A stretch of 58,835 bases of DNA from assembly GCA_044222065.1 (NCBI GenBank), contig JBGAOA010000021.1, positions 1 through 58,835 of the forward strand, given 5' to 3'. The position numbers were made by a program, and so were the translations under genes. The stretch comes from Candidatus Eiseniibacteriota bacterium (GTDB lineage: Bacteria > Eisenbacteria > RBG-16-71-46). Position 1 is the stretch's first letter. Each line of letters begins with the position of its first letter. Below are positions 7,238 through 15,838 of the stretch, in pieces. The notes beneath the pieces are model-generated. The model had not been told where the DNA came from and made no database searches. It saw only the letters and a program-made list of their open reading frames with translations.

Positions 7238-10200
7238 TCACGGACCGTAGGCGCGAAACGCGGCCCAGTAGAACGGGTGCGTGGAGCGTCCGGTCCGGCG
7301 TCGCTCGGCGAGGACGCTCCGGCAGGCGGAGGCGAGAGCCGCCGAGGCCCGAACTTCGCCCCTGCTCCGTGCGCCATACAGCGAGCGCATCCACTGCACA
7401 GTGGAGGCATCCTCGACCGGCCACTGACTGGCGATCACGCTTCGTGCGCCCGCGAGTCTGAACGCGCGCTGCATGCCGAGCGTTCCCTCGCGCGACCAGT
7501 TCTCTGCGTAGCCGGACTGACAGGCGGAGAGCACCACCCAGTCAGCCTGTGAAAGGTCGAGCGTGACCACTTCCTCGGCGGTGAGCAGGCCGTCGTCCTC
7601 ATCATGCGCGGCATCGGGTGCATGATCGGCAGCGGCAAGCGCGAGCCAGACTCGACGGCCCATCCAAGGTGAGGCCGGCGGCGGCGGCTCGGGCGAGGAG
7701 GCCCGGGGGCGGGAGCGAACCGCCGGCGGACCGCCGACGATCGCGATACCGCCGAAGCCGCGCTCGCCGCCGGAGGCGCCGCGACACGCGTTCCCGAGAA
7801 CGTAGCCGTGCGTGGCGACGTGGATCACGCGCGCTCGTGGCGCGAATTCCCGGAACGCACTTTCCGTCGCGTCGTCGCCGACCAGCACGCGCGCCTCGGC
7901 GCCGCGTTCCGATTCCCACGACTGCGCGGCGTCGCGAACTTCAGTCGCCGTGTTCGGCAGCGGGCGGAAGCGCGGCCAGGCCCGAATGGCGCACGTATCG
8001 ACGGCCGCACGCAGGACGAAAGCACTTCCACGGTCCGTCGGGGCTTCCCCGTAGCTCGGGTCCCCGAGAGCCAGCAGCACGCGGCTGATCGTCGGCGAGG
8101 AGTCGGGGAGAAGATCGCGTTCGCTATCGGCGATCCGAATGGACCGGTCTTCCTCGACGAGGTAGCGATCGTCACCGACCGGAAGCGCCAGCCACGCGAC
8201 ATCGGCGAGGGGGTCATCGGGAACGATCACGAGATCCTGGGCGTTCCCGATGGCGGCCGCGATCGGATCCCAGAGCATCGTGCGTACTCGGGCGCCGAGA
8301 CGCCGGCACTCACGCTCCGCCCGGCCTCCTGTCCGCGCGGCCGCACCGGGCGAGTTCGCGAGCCGCTCGCGCCAGGGCTCGAGCACGGCCCTCAGCTCGG
8401 CTGAAGTGCCGAACGATAGCCGCGTGATCGCCGATTCGCCTCCGCGCGTCACGTACGCGAGCACCCGTCGCGTGCCGTCTCGCGCCTCCACCTCGGCGAA
8501 CGCCACGAGCGCCTGCCCGGGCGAGAGCGCCGCGCGCACGTCGCCGAGGCCGACATCGGTGCGCGTCGTGTCCGTGCCACGCGATCTCAGGGCGCGCGTG
8601 TAGCTCGCGGACGCCTCGTCGGCAGCGAGCGCCAGGCCCGCCAGGGCGGATCGACTGGCCGAGTCCTCTGCCGACGCCGCGCCGCGGACGAGTCGGCGGG
8701 CGAACTCCCGCTGCGCGGAGGTCCAGCGCCGATGCGCCGCGACGAGCGCAGAGTCGGATTGGAGGCCCGTGGGCAAGCGGCGATGCTGCAGTTCCGCCCT
8801 CACCAGCCCCCGTCTTCGGACGAGTCGATCCCACGACGTCTCCCAGCGCTCCGGACGCTGTTCGTCGGCCTGATCGAGCACCTGGTCGAGGATGTACGAG
8901 CGGCGGCGGACGAGTTGCAGCGCGCGCGAGTCCGGCAGCATCGCGAGGTCGAGCCGCAGGACCTCACGATCCATCCGATCGGCTTCGAGCGCGCCCGACC
9001 AAGCGAGGTCCGCCCGGCCGAGATCCCGGTCCGCGCGGGCCATCCAGTGCGCGAGCATCGCGCCGGTGGACGTCCCTGCGAGCCCGAATCGTGAGCGGAT
9101 CGCTTCGAGTTCGCGGCGCGCGGTTGCGATCTGGTTCGTATCGCCCATGGCCTCGGCGATGCGGATCTGCAGCGCACGTGAACTGACCTGTGAAATGCGA
9201 TCGGGCACCGCGGAGGAGTCGTTGAGCGCGATGCCTCGCCGGCACGCGGCAAGCGCTTCGGCGTGGTGCTTCTTCGCCTGGTGCACCTGGGCCTGACCGA
9301 GCACCGCGATTGCGCGCACACCGGGATCGAGGGGGTCGGGGTGAGCGCGAGCCTCGGCTTCAACCTGCTCGAAGTGAATCAGGGCTTCGTCGTACCGGCC
9401 GAGTGCCAGGTAGCAAGCCGCGAGATTGAGGCGCGCGGTGCGCACGACCAACTCCTCGGGAGTCGCGATGCCCTTCACCGCGCTCATCCCGGCTTCGAGT
9501 TCGCGGAGCGCTCCCTCGTCGTCCTCGAACTGCATCAGGATCGTCGCCAGGTTGCTCCTGCCTGCCAGGACATCACGCGGGTCTCCGCCGGCCTCGAGGT
9601 CGCGGAGGCTGGCGTAGCCGAGGTCGATCGCGCGCGACAGGTCTCCCGACAGCGTGGCCAGCTCCATGAGATTGACCATCGGGGTGCTCCTCGCCCGGTC
9701 GCTCGGAGTCGCGATGGCATCGAGCACGCGAAGCGCCTCTTCGTGCGAGAAGCGCGCGGAGTCGGAGTCGCCCACCTGCAAGTACGCTTTGCCGATCCAG
9801 CTCAGCGGGTTCAGCATCCGGCGGTAGGGGCCGCCTGCGTAGCGCCGCCAGTCTTCGACCGCTGCGCGAAGGATCGGGATCGCTTCCCGCCCGCGGCCGG
9901 CCAGGACGCGCATCACTCCGATGTCGACTTTGGCGGTCGTGACCAGCGAGTCGAGCGGTGTCGGCTGGCTCGCGAGGATGGACAACGCCAGTTCAGCGTG
10001 CGCGAGGGCGCGGGCCGGATCGGAATCGAAGGCCTGCTCGGCGTACACCAACTCGGCCTCGCCAATCGCTTCGTCGTTCGGCGGCAGGTGGCGGATCCGG
10101 ATGCCGAGGGACTGCGCGATCCGGCTTCGAGCGAGGTCGTCGGAACCGAGCCGCTCGTTTCGAGCATGGGCAAGGCGGAAAGCGAGCTCGGCGATCCACA

Positions 10201-10396
10201 ACGAGTCGGCCGCGGGCCGAGCCTCCTCGTCCCGCAGCAACGCGGTCGCGAGGCTCTCCACGACCGCCCCGTTGTGGCCGGTCAGGACCGCACGCCAGCG
10301 CTCGTTCGGAGGATCGGGGCGCGCGGATGCGGCGAGCGGCCCGGACGCCAATGCGAGTGCGGCCGGCAGGAGTGAGGCGATCCAGAGTCGGTGCAT
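7238..10396 (-). CDS. Exported TPR-CHAT (caspase-like, clan CD) protease
   Basis: Signal peptide MHRLWIASLLPAALALASGPLAASA; helical TPR-like repeats; CHAT motifs LVIVPD, DDATESAF, IHVATHG (catalytic His), VVLSACQS (catalytic Cys), HPFYWAAF; alternative GTG start at 10402. Confidence 0.92.
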   Translation of the reverse strand: MHRLWIASLLPAALALASGPLAASARPDPPNERWRAVLTGHNGAVVESLATALLRDEEARPAADSLWIAELAFRLAHARNERLGSDDLARSRIAQSLGIRIRHLPPNDEAIGEAELVYAEQAFDSDPARALAHAELALSILASQPTPLDSLVTTAKVDIGVMRVLAGRGREAIPILRAAVEDWRRYAGGPYRRMLNPLSWIGKAYLQVGDSDSARFSHEEALRVLDAIATPSDRARSTPMVNLMELATLSGDLSRAIDLGYASLRDLEAGGDPRDVLAGRSNLATILMQFEDDEGALRELEAGMSAVKGIATPEELVVRTARLNLAACYLALGRYDEALIHFEQVEAEARAHPDPLDPGVRAIAVLGQAQVHQAKKHHAEALAACRRGIALNDSSAVPDRISQVSSRALQIRIAEAMGDTNQIATARRELEAIRSRFGLAGTSTGAMLAHWMARADRDLGRADLAWSGALEADRMDREVLRLDLAMLPDSRALQLVRRRSYILDQVLDQADEQRPERWETSWDRLVRRRGLVRAELQHRRLPTGLQSDSALVAAHRRWTSAQREFARRLVRGAASAEDSASRSALAGLALAADEASASYTRALRSRGTDTTRTDVGLGDVRAALSPGQALVAFAEVEARDGTRRVLAYVTRGGESAITRLSFGTSAELRAVLEPWRERLANSPGAAARTGGRAERECRRLGARVRTMLWDPIAAAIGNAQDLVIVPDDPLADVAWLALPVGDDRYLVEEDRSIRIADSERDLLPDSSPTISRVLLALGDPSYGEAPTDRGSAFVLRAAVDTCAIRAWPRFRPLPNTATEVRDAAQSWESERGAEARVLVGDDATESAFREFAPRARVIHVATHGYVLGNACRGASGGERGFGGIAIVGGPPAVRSRPRASSPEPPPPASPWMGRRVWLALAAADHAPDAAHDEDDGLLTAEEVVTLDLSQADWVVLSACQSGYAENWSREGTLGMQRAFRLAGARSVIASQWPVEDASTVQWMRSLYGARSRGEVRASAALASACRSVLAERRRTGRSTHPFYWAAFRAYGP

Positions 10397-10473
10397 GCGC
10401 ACAGTCTAGGAGCGCGACCCACGATGAGCCACGATCCTTTTCGCTCTCGTCCGAAGAAATGGCGGCACGGGCG

Positions 10474-10503
10474 TTGTCCACGCGCTCGCACACTGCCTAT
10501 ACT
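10474..10503 (+). promoter_or_regulatory. Putative sigma70 promoter for the ECF-kinase operon
   Basis: TTGTCC-N18-TATACT, 36 nt upstream of the TTG start. Confidence 0.5.
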
Positions 10504-10539
10504 CCCGCGTCGCATCGGGGTCACGTGTCGAGGTGCTCC

Positions 10540-11136
10540 TTGAACGAGTCGAAGAAACCCTCTCCCGAGCTCGCCTTGACCGTCGACCTCCTGCGCCGCG
10601 CCAAGTGCGGGGAGAGCGCCGCCCTCGACGAGTTGATCAGCCGCTTCGTCCCTCGCCTCACGCGATGGGCCACCGGTCGTCTGCCCATGCGCGCGCGCGC
10701 GCTGCTCGACACCGCCGACCTCGTTCAGGACGCGCTGGTCGGGACGCTGCAGACGCTCGACCGGATCGAAGTCCGCGGGCCGACCAGTTTCCAAGCCTAT
10801 GTTCGCCAGGCCGTGCTGAACCGTGTCAGGGATCAGGTGAGGTGGGCGGACCTTCGGCGGGGCTCCGAAAACGCCGAGGATCTCGAGTTCGTCGATCCGT
10901 CACCCTCGCCGCTCGAGCAGGCCATCGGGGCCGACGTAGTCAGGCGATACGAGCGCTCGCTGGCCACGCTGTCGGAGGAGGAGCGTCAGGTGATCCATCT
11001 GCACGTCGAGCTCGACTACGACTACGGCGCGATCGCGGAGATGACCGGAAGGCCAAGCCGGGACGCGGCGCGCATGGCGGTGCAACGCGCATTGAAGCGC
11101 CTCGCGGAGGCGATGGGGCACGAGGAGACGACGTGA
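10540..11136 (+). CDS. ECF sigma-70 factor
   Basis: DLLRRAKCGESAALDEL...DTADLVQD...FQAYVRQAVLNRVRD (region 2); LSEEERQVI...IAEMTG...AARMAVQRALKRL (region 4); TTG start after GAGGTG. Confidence 0.9.
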   Translation: MNESKKPSPELALTVDLLRRAKCGESAALDELISRFVPRLTRWATGRLPMRARALLDTADLVQDALVGTLQTLDRIEVRGPTSFQAYVRQAVLNRVRDQVRWADLRRGSENAEDLEFVDPSPSPLEQAIGADVVRRYERSLATLSEEERQVIHLHVELDYDYGAIAEMTGRPSRDAARMAVQRALKRLAEAMGHEETT

Positions 11137-12848
11137 GCGAGGATCCGCGCGCACTCGATCACCTGATCGAGTCGTGGTCCGAGACCTCGACCGAGAGTCT
11201 GGCCGCCGGCGAGTCCGGTGCCCGGAGGGTCGAAGGCGCGAGCGTTCGCGCGTTGCGCGACATCGCGAGGATCGCCGACTTCAATCGCACGTTGCAGCGC
11301 GCCGAGTCGGCCGCAGGGCCGATGCCCGAGCGGTGGGGCGATCTGTTCCTCATGGAGCACGTGCGGTCCGGAGCGAGCGCGGACGTCTACCGGGCCTGGG
11401 ATCCCTCGCTCCGCCGCGACGTCGCGCTCAAGTTGCTGCGCGCGCCGCGCGGCGATTCGGACGGGGTGGACGAAGCGCGCGCGAGCGCTCGTATCCGGCA
11501 TCCGGGAGTCGTTACCGTATTCGGCGCCGCCGAGCACGACGGGCGCCACGGCGTCTGGATGGAGTTCGTCCGCGGTGAGACGCTGGCCGAGAGGATCGAG
11601 CGCGCAGGCCCGCTCGACGCGCTCGAGGTTGCCCGCATCGGCGCCGCGCTCGCCGAAGCGCTGAACGCCGTGCACGCGGACGGACTCGTCCACGGCGACG
11701 TGAAGCCTGCGAACGTGATCCTCGAACCGGGCGGACGCGTCGTTCTGACCGACTTTGGCCTCGGGCACCCCTGGACGCGCGAGCGACGCGGAGCCTTCAA
11801 CGTGTCGGGCACGCCGCTGTTCCTCTCACCCGAGCGTCTCGAAGGTGAGCCTGCGACGCCCCGGTCCGACCAGTACGCGCTCGGTGTGACGCTCTGGTTC
11901 GCCGCGACCGCGCGCTACCCTTACGAAGCCGCGACCTTCGAGCAGTTGAACGCCGCCGTCGCGAGCGGGGTGCGTGCGGCGCTGCGGGAACAGCGACCGG
12001 AATTGCCCGAGGCGCTGTCGGCCACGATCGAGCGCGCCACGAATCCCCGTGCCGCCGATCGCTTCCCGGGCCTCGAGGCGCTCGGCGCGGCGCTCGGGAG
12101 CCGCGCACACGAGCCGGCCGCTCGGACGCCGCCCCGCTCGCGCCCGGCACTCGCCCTCGCGGCGGCCGGCGTCCTGTTGCTGGCGGCAGTCACGTGGCTC
12201 CTCGTTCCGCGCCCGCGTCTTGATTCCCGCGATGCGACGACGCTCCGTGAAACGCCGGCGGCCGAAGGCTCGACTGTCTACGACGTGGACGCGACGTTCG
12301 TGCGCCGCACCCTCGGCGGCTACGAACCGCTGACCTCCGGCGATCGGGTGGCGCCCGGCGACGACGTGTCGCTCGAGTTCCGATCCACGCAACGGGCCTG
12401 GGTCTACGTGATGAACCAGGACGATCTCGGTTCGACGTTTCTGCTTTTTCCCCAACCGGTGTTCGACCTCGACAACCCGCTCGCCGCGGACTCCACGCTC
12501 GTCCTGCCGGGGCCCATCGCCGGACGCGAGAGCGCGTGGAAGGTCACGAGCCGCGGCGGGCGCGAACAGTTGCTCGTGATCGTGAGTCCTGCGCCAGTAC
12601 CCGAGCTCGAGGCCGATCTCGACCGGATGCCGGCGCCGCGTCGGAACGAGCCCGTTCGGTACGCGCCAGTCACCGGGCCGACCACCGAGTGGCTGCGCGG
12701 AATGGGTGGCATCACCGATGCAGCGCCACCGCCCCGGCTGGCGGCGCCGACGCGTGCGTTCGATCGGTTCCGAGCGCTGGCGGGGCGGGAGAGCGGCGTA
12801 CGTGGTGTCTGGGTGAGGCGAGTCGTGTTCGAGAACCTGGCACCCTGA
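11133..12848 (+). CDS. Membrane Hanks-type Ser/Thr kinase with C-terminal DUF4384-like domain
   Basis: VALKLL, HGDVKPAN, DFG, GTPLFLSPE, SDQYALG; one TM helix (ALALAAAGVLLLAAVTWLLV); GDRVAPGDDVSLEF...WVYVMNQD...LLFP; GTGA overlap with the ECF gene. Confidence 0.9.
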   Translation: MSEDPRALDHLIESWSETSTESLAAGESGARRVEGASVRALRDIARIADFNRTLQRAESAAGPMPERWGDLFLMEHVRSGASADVYRAWDPSLRRDVALKLLRAPRGDSDGVDEARASARIRHPGVVTVFGAAEHDGRHGVWMEFVRGETLAERIERAGPLDALEVARIGAALAEALNAVHADGLVHGDVKPANVILEPGGRVVLTDFGLGHPWTRERRGAFNVSGTPLFLSPERLEGEPATPRSDQYALGVTLWFAATARYPYEAATFEQLNAAVASGVRAALREQRPELPEALSATIERATNPRAADRFPGLEALGAALGSRAHEPAARTPPRSRPALALAAAGVLLLAAVTWLLVPRPRLDSRDATTLRETPAAEGSTVYDVDATFVRRTLGGYEPLTSGDRVAPGDDVSLEFRSTQRAWVYVMNQDDLGSTFLLFPQPVFDLDNPLAADSTLVLPGPIAGRESAWKVTSRGGREQLLVIVSPAPVPELEADLDRMPAPRRNEPVRYAPVTGPTTEWLRGMGGITDAAPPPRLAAPTRAFDRFRALAGRESGVRGVWVRRVVFENLAP

Positions 12849-13001
12849 TCTCGGCTTCGGGCACCCCCTTCCCCGCAAGCTCGATCCGCCCGCCGAACGC
12901 GCCTGTTCGTCTGCGAGCGTTGCCCCGTTTCATCCGGCGGAGTGGGTCTGTGGACCTCCTCCGGCACGCCCACCCGGGCGTGCCCGCCCGCCGGAGGAGA
13001 C

Positions 13002-15776
13002 ATGCGCTGCGTTCGCGGACACCTCGCCGTCCTATTGCTTCTCGTCCAGATCGTCGCCGCAATCGCGACGACTTGCCCGGCCGGCGCGGCGCCCGGGGCA
13101 CTCGATCCCGCCTACGGCGCCGACGGCCGCGTCCGATTCGGATTCGGCGGAGGCGATGACTTCCCGGTCGCGGTCCTCGCGCAATCCAACGGGCGATTCG
13201 TGGTCGCGAGTTCGCGCCACGAGGGAGTCAACGCCTATGCGTGCTCGATCATCCGCTACAACGCGGACGGATCGCGCGACGGAGGCTTCGGCGTCTGGGG
13301 CGAAACGCGGGTCCAGTTCGGTGCGGGCTATTCCGACGCAGTTGGCCTCGCGGCGCAGTCCGACGGACGGCTGATTCTCCTTGCCTGGACTCCGGGGCAG
13401 TTTCATCTGGCGCGCTTCGAGGCCGACGGCCGGCCGGACACGACGTTCGGAATCGGCGGACGCGTGACCGGGCCATACACGAACGTCGAAGCGCGCGCCC
13501 TAGCGATCCAGGGCGATGACCGGATCCTGGTCGCCGGCAATCTCACCTACGGCGCATCCGGCAAGGACCTCGCGGTGTTCCGATTCACTTCCGGGGGCCA
13601 ACTCGATCCGACGTTCAATGGTTCGGGGGGCGCCTCCGCCAACGTCTTCACCTTCGACGAGGCCCGGGCGATGACGGTCCAGTCGAACGGGCGCATCGTG
13701 GTCGCGGGAGACGCCTATTCGTTTGGAGCCGGAATCGAAATGGTCCGCTTTCTCACGAACGGCGCACTCGACTCGAGCTTCGACGGCGACGGCAAGGCGT
13801 TCTTCAACCCCGGTTTCGACATCTACGCCGGCGGGCTGGCCCTTCAGTACAGCGACACGCAGCCCGATCGCATCATCGTCGCCGGTTCCTCCGAGAATGG
13901 TTACATGGTGGCGCGCGTGACGAGCGCGGGAGTTCTCGACCCCTCGTTCAGCGGCGACGGTGTCGCGGACATCCCGACGGCGACGGGCTACGGGCACCTG
14001 ACGGCCGTGCGCGTCGACTACAGCGGACTCTCCCCGCGCTTCATCGCGGCGGGGTTCGGCTACGGGCTGTACGGAGACACCGATTTCGTCCTGACCAAGC
14101 TGGTCACGAACGGCGCGTTGGACTCGGGTTTCGATGGTGACGGCATCCTGTCCACGCGCGTCGGACCCGGCGTCGACGCCCCCCGGGCCATGACCCTCTC
14201 CGGATCGAGCGCAATCGTGGTCGGAGTCTCGGCCGCGCTCTCGGCGTTTTCGACCAATCGTGACGTCGCGATTCTCAAGTACTCCGTCGCGAGCGGGGCG
14301 CTGGACTCCGGCTGGAACGGGAGCGGCATTCGCCTCGACGACGTCGGCGACATCGAGTGCTTCCTCCGTGCGGATGAGCTTCAGCCCGACGGCCGTCTCG
14401 TCCTGTGCGGGACCACCGCACGCCAGTCGGGCTCTTACGCCATCGCGCTCGCGAGGCGCATGCCTGACGGCTCACCCGATTCGACGTTTGGCGCGGACGG
14501 CCGAGTGGTCGTCGCGAGCAGCAGCGGCGCTACCGCGGTCGCCCTTCAGCCGGACGGACGCCTCGTGGTGGCCGACGAGAATTCGCAGGTCCACCGTCTC
14601 AACGGATCGGGTTCGATCGACTCGACGTTCGGGGCCGCAGGCCGTGTCGTACTGGCGATCGGAACGATCCAATCGACGGCGAGTTGCGTTGCGGTCCAGC
14701 CCGACGGCCGGATCGTCGTCGGACTGACGTTCAACTCGTCCCCGTCCCGCACGGCCATCGCCGTCGCCCGGCTGCTGTCGAACGGGGATCGGGACGCGTC
14801 GTTCGGAACCAATGGCGTTGCGACGTTCGTGGTGGGGAGCGGCAGCGCCGAGGTCCATGCCCTTCGCGTCCTGTCCGATGGTCGCATTGTGGTCGTCGGA
14901 ACCGGCGTCGACTTCGGGGGTGCGGGATTCCTCACGCTTCGACTGCAGTCGGGTGGGGCGCTCGACCCATCGTTCAGCGCAGACGGGCTGGTGATCACGC
15001 CGATCCAGGGCGTGGGTGGGCTCGCGTGCGACGTCGAAGTTCAGGACAGCGGCGGCATCGTCGTCTCCGGGATCGGCGGCCCCTTCGGCGGTCCCGCATT
15101 CGTGCGCTACCTGTCCGATGGCGCCCTCGACTTCACGTTCGGGAACTCCGGGGCGCTCGTGATCGGGAATTCCAATCAACGCGTGAGCGCCTCGCTCCAA
15201 CTTCCGGACGGCCGGATCCTGGCCGCGGGGGAAGGTCTCTCGAGCGACGTTCCGTCCAGCATCGACTTTCTCGCGCTGCGACTAACCGCGAACGGGTCGC
15301 TCGACTCGACGTACGGGGTTGCCGGCCTCGGCACAGCGGGATTCGAACCGTGGAGCGCGGACCACGGTGTGTCGCTTCGCCTCGACGCCTACGGCCGCGC
15401 CCTGGTCGCGGGCACGTCGGACTTTGCTTTCGCGGCGGCGCGACTGCTCGGTGACGACGTAGCGCTCGGCGTCGAGCCACGCACGGGTTCGAACCGTCTG
15501 CTCGGCCTCGGCGCGTTCGCGCCCAATCCGGCGGCAGCCTCGAGTCGGGCCGAGCTGACGCTTCCCGCCGCGAGCCTCGTGACCGCCGGACTCTTCGACG
15601 TCGGCGGACGTCTCGTGCGCCGCCTGCTCGAAGGAGCACCTCTCGATCGAGGCGTCCATTCGATTCAATGGGACGGCCTCGACGGCGACGGGCGGCGTGT
15701 TCCCGACGGCCTCTACTTCCTGCGGGTTCGCGCAGGCGACCGCACGGCCTCACGACGGCTCACGGTGCTGAGATGA
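13002..15776 (+). CDS. Secreted delta-60-repeat beta-propeller protein with C-terminal FlgD-Ig/T9SS-like sorting domain
   Basis: Signal peptide; 14 xDxxF/Y(G)xxG units with QxDGRIVV motifs; C-terminal PNP...FDVGGRLVRRL...WDGLD...GLYFLRV; GGAGGAGA RBS. Confidence 0.88.
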   Translation: MRCVRGHLAVLLLLVQIVAAIATTCPAGAAPGALDPAYGADGRVRFGFGGGDDFPVAVLAQSNGRFVVASSRHEGVNAYACSIIRYNADGSRDGGFGVWGETRVQFGAGYSDAVGLAAQSDGRLILLAWTPGQFHLARFEADGRPDTTFGIGGRVTGPYTNVEARALAIQGDDRILVAGNLTYGASGKDLAVFRFTSGGQLDPTFNGSGGASANVFTFDEARAMTVQSNGRIVVAGDAYSFGAGIEMVRFLTNGALDSSFDGDGKAFFNPGFDIYAGGLALQYSDTQPDRIIVAGSSENGYMVARVTSAGVLDPSFSGDGVADIPTATGYGHLTAVRVDYSGLSPRFIAAGFGYGLYGDTDFVLTKLVTNGALDSGFDGDGILSTRVGPGVDAPRAMTLSGSSAIVVGVSAALSAFSTNRDVAILKYSVASGALDSGWNGSGIRLDDVGDIECFLRADELQPDGRLVLCGTTARQSGSYAIALARRMPDGSPDSTFGADGRVVVASSSGATAVALQPDGRLVVADENSQVHRLNGSGSIDSTFGAAGRVVLAIGTIQSTASCVAVQPDGRIVVGLTFNSSPSRTAIAVARLLSNGDRDASFGTNGVATFVVGSGSAEVHALRVLSDGRIVVVGTGVDFGGAGFLTLRLQSGGALDPSFSADGLVITPIQGVGGLACDVEVQDSGGIVVSGIGGPFGGPAFVRYLSDGALDFTFGNSGALVIGNSNQRVSASLQLPDGRILAAGEGLSSDVPSSIDFLALRLTANGSLDSTYGVAGLGTAGFEPWSADHGVSLRLDAYGRALVAGTSDFAFAAARLLGDDVALGVEPRTGSNRLLGLGAFAPNPAAASSRAELTLPAASLVTAGLFDVGGRLVRRLLEGAPLDRGVHSIQWDGLDGDGRRVPDGLYFLRVRAGDRTASRRLTVLR

Positions 15777-15838
15777 GCCCGCCCGACGTCTTTCGCGCAA
15801 CAGCTCGGGAACGAGCGCAACGAGAAAGGAGCAAACGA

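Noticed and set aside
7238..10396. CHAT gene as a Craspase/type III-E CRISPR component
   Set aside because: No cas genes or array nearby, and the protein has a signal peptide
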